Made by a program: the position numbers and the translations under genes. Shown piece after piece: positions 8,788 to 15,576 of a stretch of 20,000 bases of DNA. This DNA comes from an uncultured virus (IMG/VR IMGVR_UViG_3300042569_000394). Lineage: Duplodnaviria; Heunggongvirae; Uroviricota; Caudoviricetes. The stretch lies in the IMG/VR virus record IMGVR_UViG_3300042569_000394, one strand, 5' to 3'. The number at the start of each line of letters is the position of its first letter. Within the stretch, counting starts at the first letter, position 1. The notes under the pieces are model-generated. The model worked only from the letters and a program-made list of their open reading frames with translations, made no database searches and had not been told where the DNA came from.

Positions 8788-8840
8788 TAAAAAACTAGTG
8801 CCCAAGGCGGTGGGTATGAGAGACAGCCCTGGGCACCAGT
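8788..8840 (-). ncRNA. Candidate ~52 nt hairpin small RNA
   Basis: TGATATAAT at 8847-8855 puts +1 at the first stem base; 15 bp stem with two G-U pairs only on the minus strand; 17 nt loop; U tract. Confidence 0.6.
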
Positions 8841-8865
8841 ATATAAATTATATCACATTTGTATT

Positions 8866-8903
8866 GTTTCGTAATTGTTACAAAAAGTTTACACAATTGT
8901 TAC
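8866..8903 (-). promoter_or_regulatory. GlnR/MtrA-like (OmpR family) direct-repeat box
   Basis: Minus strand GTAAC-N6-GTAAA-N6-GTAAC-N6-GAAAC with 11 bp periodicity. Confidence 0.5.
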
Positions 8904-8914
8904 ATAAAAAGGGA

Positions 8915-9020
8915 TTGACAAAACAAATTTGTGTGTATAATATATATCTATATATAAGATATATAAAATATATAAGATATATTAACTATAGTATAGTTTA
9001 TATATATAATATATAATAAT
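8915..9020. other. Extremely AT-rich tract with TATATAAGATATAT duplication; candidate replication origin/unwinding element
   Basis: Near-pure A/T from 8936 to 9020; TTGACA-N15-TATAAT at 8915-8941. Confidence 0.4.
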
Positions 9021-9041
9021 CGGTTTTAAGTTTTGCGAGTT

Positions 9042-9317
9042 TTACTTTTTTGGTCTTTGATTGTTAGCGATATAATCTAGCAAGATTTCGTACATGTGAT
9101 CTAATTTGTTAGACATGTCTCTACGCTTTTGATTTGCTAATTCCATTTCTCGTTCTAGTCTGATAACCTGATCTTTTAAACTAGATCCACTGTTAGGTTT
9201 CAATTCTGCCTTGATCTCGTCAAAATAATGCTTGACTAGCCACTTGATACCAAGAGCGACTGATGTTATAATTGTTAGGATACCTACGGTTGTTCCTATC
9301 CATGCTTCCAAAGACAT
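9042..9317 (-). CDS. Single-TM membrane protein (holin-like/lysis-associated)
   Basis: N-terminal hydrophobic helix, then KPNSGSSLKDQV and a coiled coil, a pattern I associate with actinophage membrane proteins. Confidence 0.65.
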   Translation of the reverse strand: MSLEAWIGTTVGILTIITSVALGIKWLVKHYFDEIKAELKPNSGSSLKDQVIRLEREMELANQKRRDMSNKLDHMYEILLDYIANNQRPKK

Positions 9318-9322
9318 AATAC

Positions 9323-9332
9323 TATAATTATA
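9323..9332. promoter_or_regulatory. Overlapping divergent -10 elements (TATAATTATA)
   Basis: Palindrome in the 31 nt gap between divergent starts at 9317 and 9349. Confidence 0.5.
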
Positions 9333-9348
9333 AGAGAGTATTTAAATA

Positions 9349-10119
9349 ATGAAAACAGAGATTCTCGCAACTCTTGACCATTCAAAACAATTAATCGTTT
9401 CACCCGATATTGACGGATTCACCTCTGCAAGGCTCTTAGAGGCCTTTAACGGTTCGGTGGTGGTTGGAACCTACGATAAGAACGTTCTCGTCTTAGCGGA
9501 GGGCGTAGACCCGAAAGAGTGCTTGTTTGTAGACTGCGACATGAATACTTCGGATTTTGTTTCGATCGGAAATCACCAGCGTCTAAGTTCGGGGGATAAC
9601 ATGTCGCCCAGGTCTTTCAATCCCAATGTTTTTTACGGCGTGAATAAGTATACGGATAAATACCCATATGCAACGGCGTTTTTAATTTCGTTCGCAACAA
9701 GAGTACCCACATCCGCCACAACCCAAGCATACATGTCCTATGCCGATTCTACCTATAAGAATTTAGAAAGTTACGGCATAAACATGAGGAATTGGTGGGA
9801 ACGGATGAGGCATCTTGAACTTGACCTCGTATTCGAACCTACCGAAGAAATATCTCTACTTATCGAAGAACTTGCAGAAAAGCATCCAGCACAAGGCTTT
9901 GTATCTAAACGCCTTGGAAAAGCCAGGTACATAGAACAAATGAATGATACCTTGACTAGTCTCAATTTGTCACATAGGCCCCTTGCGACAGGTATTAAGT
10001 ATATGACTGACAGGGTTGGCAAGAATACTGTGATAAAATATAATAAGGATATAATCTCATATGCCGAGATCTTCGGAGGGGAATATTCCGTTACTTACAA
10101 CGAGGAGATGAATTGGTAA
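9349..10119 (+). CDS. DHH-phosphoesterase-like protein (variant)
   Basis: SPDIDG (motif I DxDG), LFVDCD (motif II), GNH in place of DHH. Confidence 0.55.
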   Translation: MKTEILATLDHSKQLIVSPDIDGFTSARLLEAFNGSVVVGTYDKNVLVLAEGVDPKECLFVDCDMNTSDFVSIGNHQRLSSGDNMSPRSFNPNVFYGVNKYTDKYPYATAFLISFATRVPTSATTQAYMSYADSTYKNLESYGINMRNWWERMRHLELDLVFEPTEEISLLIEELAEKHPAQGFVSKRLGKARYIEQMNDTLTSLNLSHRPLATGIKYMTDRVGKNTVIKYNKDIISYAEIFGGEYSVTYNEEMNW

Positions 10120-10325
10120 GAGAACCTGCTAAAGACGTTACCTTCTTCGATCTATTTGACCCATCAGAGCCAAGATCAGACAGAGAGATGATCGAATTCC
10201 GCCTATCAAAGTGTAACGAGTGCCCTTTCTTCAATAAACGATCAAAGAGATGCAACCAGTGTGGCTGCTTTATGAAGTTAAAGACTACATTAGAGAATGC
10301 TAAGTGTCCTATTGGGCATTGGTGA
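10113..10325 (+). CDS. Cys-rich metal-binding protein
   Basis: R..KCNECP...RCNQCGCFM..K......CPIGHW; GAGGAG RBS, TTG start. Confidence 0.75.
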   Translation: MVREPAKDVTFFDLFDPSEPRSDREMIEFRLSKCNECPFFNKRSKRCNQCGCFMKLKTTLENAKCPIGHW

Positions 10326-10378
10326 TCAAGAGAGCCTGTGGCTCTTGTTATACCCCGAAACATTTCTAGCGAACTAGG

Positions 10379-10468
10379 TTAGTTATTCTTGCATTTGCAG
10401 TTATTGCATTTGCATTCTTTTTTGATCTCATTAGGGACATCAGGAATAGTCATGGTTAATTCTACCAT
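10379..10468 (-). CDS. Possible 29 aa Cys-rich microprotein MVELTMTIPDVPNEIKKECKCNNCKCKNN
   Basis: Short ORF with CxCxxCxC; weak RBS. Confidence 0.35.
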   Translation of the reverse strand: MVELTMTIPDVPNEIKKECKCNNCKCKNN

Positions 10469-10699
10469 ACCGCCAAAGTTATGCCTTCGTTATACAAATG
10501 TTATAATACATACCTGGCAAATCTGAAAAAATTTTGATTTGGACAAAATCTGAATATTTTGTAGAGATGTATGATACACAACTAGCAAAAAATACGCAAA
10601 ACGATATAGTGAGCACACAAGCAAAACTAATTAGATTGTTTTACACATTGTCTAATTGTAATGATCTTGCTCAAGATAGGGAGATTGTTTTGGCAATAC

Positions 10700-10802
10700 C
10701 CCCCAGTGCCACGCTAATAAAATAAAAAAACGATCACCCCTGGTGCCACCACAATAAAAAATAAAGTGATGACCCCTGGTGCCACGCTAATAAAATAAAA
10801 AG
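10700..10802. repeat. Three tandem ~36 bp direct repeats CCCC(T/C)(G/A)GTGCCAC..AATAAAA
   Basis: GTGCCAC cores at 10706, 10743 and 10779; partial copy at 10832. Confidence 0.8.
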
Positions 10803-11045
10803 TCCACTAGCGTGTATCCAGCGACACACCCTGCCACCGCACCAAAATTTATTGTCGAAATAAAATTCCAAGCGATTAGCAAAGACACCCCTAAGCCTGT
10901 AAACATAAAAGGTTTACTCACTCTTATCGGCCTTCTTATCTTTTAGCAAAACATACAGCACAGCAATTAGCAAAATAGTTTCAACACCCATTTTATTTTC
11001 CTATCATCAAGAGTTATTCAAAACAAGAATTGTGAAACTAATCAA

Positions 11046-11174
11046 CTACTTTTTTCGTTGGATAGAGATGATGACTTTTGATGTTGCCTTATCGACAGAA
11101 ACGTTCACATCAAACTTCTTGATTTCACGCACGACAAAATTAGTTGCCTTTGCGATTGCGATTGCTTTTAGCAT
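11046..11174 (-). CDS. 42 aa basic microprotein MLKAIAIAK...
   Basis: GAAAGG RBS; own promoter TGTC(11221)-N12-TACAAT. Confidence 0.75.
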   Translation of the reverse strand: MLKAIAIAKATNFVVREIKKFDVNVSVDKATSKVIISIQRKK

Positions 11175-11223
11175 AGTTTTACCTTTCTTAGTTAGTCCTA
11201 TTGTATCAGTAGCCACAGACACG

Positions 11224-11400
11224 CTACCTATCTTTTGATTTCCATACATCAACAATTTCAAACACCATTGAAGCAACATCAAGACACTTTGAGCAATACA
11301 CGCACATACTGTTATCAGCGAATTCTACATTGAACACATCATCCGTTGCGAACCATTTCTGGCATTCATCACATTCAACATCATAGATTTTTATAGACAT
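11224..11400 (-). CDS. 58 aa CxxC...CxxC zinc-finger microprotein MSIKIYDVECDEC...
   Basis: GAAAGGA RBS; paralogue of 16240-16413. Confidence 0.8.
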   Translation of the reverse strand: MSIKIYDVECDECQKWFATDDVFNVEFADNSMCVYCSKCLDVASMVFEIVDVWKSKDR

Positions 11401-11417
11401 TGATTTCCTTTCGATTA

Positions 11418-11474
11418 GGGCTTATTTGCTTTTAGTTTATTTGCTCTTGCGAGGCTCACCTAAAAGGCTCATCC
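11418..11474 (-). ncRNA. Structured leader RNA, copy 1
   Basis: GAGC-CUUUUAG-GUGAGC-CUC GCAA GAG-CAAAUAAA-CUAAAAG-CAAAUAA; covaries with copy 2. Confidence 0.75.
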
Positions 11475-11514
11475 ATTGTTATTTACTTATTTAGTTTAGC
11501 ACTACCCTAAGACA

Positions 11515-11607
11515 CTACTCACAAGAGCATAGGGAATACGCCTTGTCGCAATCAGGGCAGGTGTTATCTGCCGTGTCGAATTGCTCGTCGTATGTCCAAC
11601 CGTTCAT
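11515..11607 (-). CDS. 30 aa Cys microprotein MNGWTYDEQFDTADNTCPDCDKAYSLCSCE
   Basis: AGGA RBS; own promoter; paralogue of 15377-15469. Confidence 0.8.
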   Translation of the reverse strand: MNGWTYDEQFDTADNTCPDCDKAYSLCSCE

Positions 11608-11826
11608 CTGTTTCCTATCTCTAACTACTGTCTACACTACACCATACCACCGACATTGACCCTAACGACACGCCCATAAATTGATGTTTTTTGTAACAGA
11701 TTGATAACGAACGCATCGGTGCGTTGTTACCATTTCGTTATAATAAATGCCAAAAGATCGGCGTGTCGCACCCCCCAATGTCAGACCCCTATGCTAATGT
11801 AAGTAGTAGATAGAAAGGAATACAAA

Positions 11827-11952
11827 ATGGAATTTGTAAAGATAACACTAGTTGATGGACAGGTATTGGAAGTACCTGCTGAGATTTGGGGAAGTTTCCT
11901 TAGCAATAGGGGAATCCCAATGAGTGATGTTGTGAGCGTTGTTAGATTCTAA
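11827..11952 (+). CDS. 41 aa microprotein MEFVKITLVDGQVLEVP...
   Basis: GAAAGGA RBS; promoter 11779. Confidence 0.75.
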   Translation: MEFVKITLVDGQVLEVPAEIWGSFLSNRGIPMSDVVSVVRF

Positions 11953-12001
11953 CAGCGTGTCAGACCCCTATGCTACAATCGAAATAACAAGAAAGGTCAT
12001 A

Positions 12002-12163
12002 ATGACACTAGATGAATTGGAAATGGCAGACGCTATTGCGTTTGATAAGGAAATGGCAGAGTTAGACGCTATGCCATTGCTAAAGGGTGGATACTGCCCA
12101 AGTTGCGAGTGGTCGCAGAATAACTGCCACTGTGTAGAGTATGGGTTGCCACTACCTGAGTAG
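12002..12163 (+). CDS. 53 aa acidic CPxC-x6-CxC microprotein
   Basis: GAAAGG RBS; promoter 11958 (so the start is 12002, not 11939). Confidence 0.8.
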   Translation: MTLDELEMADAIAFDKEMAELDAMPLLKGGYCPSCEWSQNNCHCVEYGLPLPE

Positions 12164-12210
12164 TGTCATACCCTTATGCTACAATCAAGATAACTAAGAA
12201 TAGGAAATAA

Positions 12211-12387
12211 ATGAAAGACCAGATCGAAATGCTAACCAAAGATGTTGCACGTCACGAAATTGTAATTGCACTTTGGGATTCAGTCATAAAGTGTGATGAA
12301 GATTCACGAGAGTGTGATGTTTGCGAAGGGTTGCGTATGGCAATCAAGATTGTAGAATCGAAATTGCAAGGACACCTAATCTCGTAG
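12211..12387 (+). CDS. 58 aa microprotein MKDQIEML...CDEDSRECDVC
   Basis: AGGA RBS; promoter 12164; paralogue of 14670-14840. Confidence 0.8.
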   Translation: MKDQIEMLTKDVARHEIVIALWDSVIKCDEDSRECDVCEGLRMAIKIVESKLQGHLIS

Positions 12388-12438
12388 TGTCTTACCCTTA
12401 TGGTACAATCTAACTAATCAAAGAATAGGAAATAAAAA

Positions 12439-12618
12439 ATGGATAAGCAAGAATTTAGAGTAATGAGTTTCTTTGTTCTCTCAATTGGAATTCTCTCAGT
12501 AGCAATGTCGCTTTTCGCACCACCGCTAGTTTCACAAGCGTTGTTGTTTATGGTGAGCAGTGCTGGCTTGATGATGTGGGGATTGTACGCAATGTTCCGC
12601 AGGGATGAAAACCGCTAG
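12439..12618 (+). CDS. 59 aa two-TM membrane microprotein MDKQEFRVMSFF...
   Basis: AGGA RBS; promoter 12388; two hydrophobic segments. Confidence 0.75.
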   Translation: MDKQEFRVMSFFVLSIGILSVAMSLFAPPLVSQALLFMVSSAGLMMWGLYAMFRRDENR

Positions 12619-12830
12619 GCTGTAAGGCCATACCGCCTACATCCCTTATAGATACTGGGATGTCGGAGGTCTGCATCGGTCCCCGACACGCCCGAGATGC
12701 AAATTTCGATCAAATTCACAGGAAGAATTAACCTGATGAATTCTTTCGGGAAAGTCGCAAAACACCCCCAAAAAGGCCTTCCAATGTCTTACCCTTGTGG
12801 TAATGTAGTAGTAGTTAGAAAGAAGGAATA

Positions 12831-12998
12831 ATGAACACCAAAGCAACAACCAAAGCCCTAAACACCGCAGGTGCGAAAATTGCCCTTGCGAGTGAAAGTA
12901 TTTGGGCTAAGAAGCAACAGGGTATTTGCCCTGTATCGCAATGCGAAGGCAAAGCCGTCAAAGACAATTGGAACGGCTACTGCCAAACACACGCCTAA
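12831..12998 (+). CDS. 55 aa C-x4-C-x12-C-x2-H microprotein MNTKATTKAL...
   Basis: AAGGA RBS; promoter 12785; stop abuts the next promoter. Confidence 0.75.
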   Translation: MNTKATTKALNTAGAKIALASESIWAKKQQGICPVSQCEGKAVKDNWNGYCQTHA

Positions 12999-13047
12999 TG
13001 TCTTAGGCTACTGCTATAATCTAACTACTATCAAGAAAGGGCAACTT

Positions 13048-13233
13048 ATGTCTAACATCACTCAACTAAACGAAATCATTCTTACTATCGCTAAGAGCGT
13101 CAAGGAAGAAACCAACTACAACGCCGAGCAGGCTAGCAACCTTGCTTATGCGAAAGCGTTAGGGTTTGCTTGGGCAATTCTAACTAATGACCAACGCCAA
13201 ATGATGTTGGACTACTACCTAAATGGAAAGTAG
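13048..13233 (+). CDS. 61 aa helical microprotein MSNITQLNE...
   Basis: GAAAGG RBS; promoter 12999. Confidence 0.8.
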   Translation: MSNITQLNEIILTIAKSVKEETNYNAEQASNLAYAKALGFAWAILTNDQRQMMLDYYLNGK

Positions 13234-13315
13234 TCTAATGTCTGTGGCTATTGCTATAATTGTCGTTGTCGCAATTGCGATACTAATCAACCAATAAGAA
13301 TAGGAAATAAAAAAA

Positions 13316-13492
13316 ATGATGACTAGAAAAGACTACATCTCTACCGCTGAAATTCTAAATTCAGTTGCTGATGAAATTGATTTCATCACTCTCGCAAACA
13401 TTGCTGAAAAGTTTGCTGAGATGTTTGGAAAAGACAACGAGCGTTTTGACCACGCAAAATTTATTGATGCTGTAATGAAAGAGAGCAACTAA
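13316..13492 (+). CDS. 58 aa MTRKDY...DNERFD..KF protein of unknown function
   Basis: AGGA RBS; promoter 13239; I recognise the pattern as common in phage microproteins. Confidence 0.8.
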   Translation: MMTRKDYISTAEILNSVADEIDFITLANIAEKFAEMFGKDNERFDHAKFIDAVMKESN

Positions 13493-13635
13493 TGAACGAA
13501 CTATTTTTTATCTTTTCGATTTTCGCAATTGGTAGTGTTGTGATGGTAATCACTCTAATCTCAATTGTCTTGATGTTGCTAAAAGAAATTAGCAAATTGG
13601 AAAATGACCTAGAAGCGAATTTGCCACCCTTCTAA
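13492..13635 (+). CDS. 47 aa single-TM microprotein ending LPPF
   Basis: TAATG coupling; hydrophobic residues 4-30. Confidence 0.75.
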   Translation: MNELFFIFSIFAIGSVVMVITLISIVLMLLKEISKLENDLEANLPPF

Positions 13636-13786
13636 AAGTGTCGCCCCTGATACCCTTATAAACAAAGGGTGTCAGAGGGTCGCACCGATGCCTGTTATCA
13701 ACCTGTTATAAAGAAATTTCGATCTTTCGGCGTGTCGCATTGACAATGTCAGACCCCCCCTATACTATAGAACTATAAATAAATAA

Positions 13787-13902
13787 GGGTAGTTAGTGAA
13801 ACGGAATCACAAACTCAAAGAATCAGGAAACAGCAGAAGAAGCGTTAGCGAAGTATCTAGGCAACTGAGCGTTTATTGGAAGTTCAATTCTTCCACTACC
13901 CA
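13787..13902 (+). ncRNA. tRNA-like RNA 1 with oversized anticodon-arm region
   Basis: Acceptor GGGUAGU/ACUACCC-A; D arm GUGA-AACGGAA-UCAC; T arm GGAAG-UUCAAUU-CUUCC; ~66 nt between D and T arms. Confidence 0.8.
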
Positions 13903-13945
13903 CAATGTCAGAGCCATAGGCTAAGATATAAATATAAATAAATAA

Positions 13946-14056
13946 GGGTAGTTGGCTTAATTGGTAAAGCAACCTAAGAGACACTTAGATACTAGGCGTG
14001 AAACTTATCGTTATAGGCTAGGGCGTAAGATGAGAGTTCGAATCTCTCACTACCCA
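13946..14056 (+). ncRNA. tRNA-like RNA 2 with oversized anticodon-arm region
   Basis: Identical acceptor; D arm GCUU-AAUUGGUA-AAGC; T arm GAGAG-UUCGAAU-CUCUC; ~60 nt between D and T arms. Confidence 0.8.
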
Positions 14057-14107
14057 CAATGTCGTAGCCATAGGCTAGGATAGAACTAACAAGAGATAGG
14101 AAACAAG

Positions 14108-14236
14108 ATGACTGAACTACAAATCGAAATCGCAACCGAACTATCGGCAATGGGAACTACCCTTGATGGCGTAGCGTTCTGGGCAGAAGTAGACCGCCTA
14201 GCAACCTTTGGTGATGAGTGGTGGGAGCAAGTCTAA
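14108..14236 (+). CDS. 42 aa acidic Trp-rich microprotein MTELQIEIATEL...
   Basis: AGGA RBS; promoter 14060. Confidence 0.75.
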   Translation: MTELQIEIATELSAMGTTLDGVAFWAEVDRLATFGDEWWEQV

Positions 14237-14423
14237 CAATCACTCGCACCAGTGTCATAGGTGCTGCACCGATCCCCGACACGCCCGAGAAACATTCACA
14301 GGAAAAATTCATCAAATGAATAATAGGTAAACAATTTCAAAATAGGGCAAAATAGGGCGTTTCAAGCGTTCCAATGTCATACCCCTATGCTAGAATCAAG
14401 GTAGATAAAAAGAAAGGAACTAA

Positions 14424-14621
14424 ATGTTCACTAGCACCAATTTCAAAGCCCTAGAAATCCGTCAAGGCTACCGCCTAGACAACACCTACTTTGGCGTATG
14501 CTCAATGTGTGGCGTTCACATTCACAAATCACGCTTTGGCAATGCGTGGCTTCACACTATCGAAACAGGAAAGAACTCTTATCGTTTCAGTGAGTATTGC
14601 CCAGAACCCTACGAATCATAA
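14424..14621 (+). CDS. 65 aa CxxC/H/C microprotein
   Basis: GAAAGGA RBS; promoter 14375. Confidence 0.8.
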   Translation: MFTSTNFKALEIRQGYRLDNTYFGVCSMCGVHIHKSRFGNAWLHTIETGKNSYRFSEYCPEPYES

Positions 14622-14669
14622 TGTCGTAGGCTACTGATAGAATCTAACTAACTAAGAATAGGAAAACTA

Positions 14670-14840
14670 ATGAACCAGAAAATCGAATTGCTAAACCGCA
14701 ACCTTGCTCGCCACAACATCATCATCGCTCTAATGAATCAAAAGTTGGAATGTGATGAAGACCTAAAAGAGTGTGATGTATGCGTTGGCCTAGACTACGC
14801 TATCGAATACGCACAAGGCCAACTAGAACCCGAAAACTAA
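14670..14840 (+). CDS. 56 aa microprotein MNQKIELL...CDEDLKECDVC
   Basis: AGGA RBS; promoter 14622; paralogue of 12211-12387. Confidence 0.8.
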   Translation: MNQKIELLNRNLARHNIIIALMNQKLECDEDLKECDVCVGLDYAIEYAQGQLEPEN

Positions 14841-14887
14841 ATGTCGTAGGGTTGCTGTAAAATAAAATCATTCGAAAGGAAAACTAA

Positions 14888-15094
14888 ATGGAAAAATACG
14901 AATTAGAAAAAATGTTCAAGGCTAAGGCTCTTGCTTCATTCAACAAAGACCGAATTGAATTGTGCCAACTTGAAGCAGTTGATGAAAATGACATTTCATT
15001 TGTCGCTTATCTTGAAGCAATTGTTTTTGGAATGATTCCAAAAACAGAGTTTGAATCTTGGATTGAATACTACGAAAAAAAGTTGGTGGCGTAA
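14888..15094 (+). CDS. 68 aa hypothetical protein
   Basis: GAAAGGA RBS; promoter 14842. Confidence 0.8.
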   Translation: MEKYELEKMFKAKALASFNKDRIELCQLEAVDENDISFVAYLEAIVFGMIPKTEFESWIEYYEKKLVA

Positions 15095-15213
15095 TGTTTT
15101 TTTACAACGGATTCAATTTGCTAATCGACATTGTGTTAGTTTTTTTTGCGTATCGCTTAGGCAAGACTTGGGGATACCGCAAGGGTGAAGCGGATAACGC
15201 ACCGCCATTTTGA
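15094..15213 (+). CDS. 39 aa single-TM microprotein ending DNAPPF
   Basis: TAATG coupling, GGTGG RBS; MFFYNGFNLLIDIVLVFFAYRLGKTWGYRKGEADNAPPF. Confidence 0.75.
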   Translation: MFFYNGFNLLIDIVLVFFAYRLGKTWGYRKGEADNAPPF

Positions 15214-15376
15214 TCTAAACGGCTCTACAACCCTTATAAATAAAGGGATGTAGGAGGTCGCATCGGTGCCGATTTAACTAGGTTAACAATTCCTGTGAGT
15301 TTTTTCATCTTGGGCGTGTCGTGGCCCTAAATGTCAGACCCCTATGCTAGTCTAAGACTAGTTAGAAAGGATACAG

Positions 15377-15469
15377 ATGAATAACGGATACAGCCTAGAT
15401 GAGCAGTGGGATACCGCTGACAACACCTGCCCAGACTGCTACCAGTCTTACTCACAATGCGACTGCTAG
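15377..15469 (+). CDS. 30 aa Cys microprotein MNNGYSLDEQWDTADNTCPDCYQSYSQCDC
   Basis: GAAAGGA RBS; promoter 15332; paralogue of 11515-11607. Confidence 0.8.
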   Translation: MNNGYSLDEQWDTADNTCPDCYQSYSQCDC

Positions 15470-15576
15470 TTGTGAAAACCTACAAATAAATAGAGAAAAG
15501 TTTGTAACGACACACCCCCAAAAAGGGCTTCCAATGTCGTACCCCCCTTGTATAATCAAGACATAACAAAATAAAT

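Noticed and set aside
10700..10840. CRISPR array
   Set aside because: Only three ~36 bp tandem units with no unique spacers of proper length, and no cas genes
8798..11238. ORFs 8798-9016, 9771-10022, 10091-10363, 10534-10725 and 11032-11238
   Set aside because: They run through AT-rich, regulatory or repeat DNA, or are antisense to better genes
13238..13297. Hydrophobic 19 aa ORF MSVAIAIIVVVAIAILINQ
   Set aside because: It starts inside the AATGTC promoter box and has only a weak RBS; not excluded but unsupported
13787..14056. Canonical tRNA genes or tmRNA
   Set aside because: No normal anticodon stem-loop; too short for tmRNA, D stem present and no G3-U70 alanine identity
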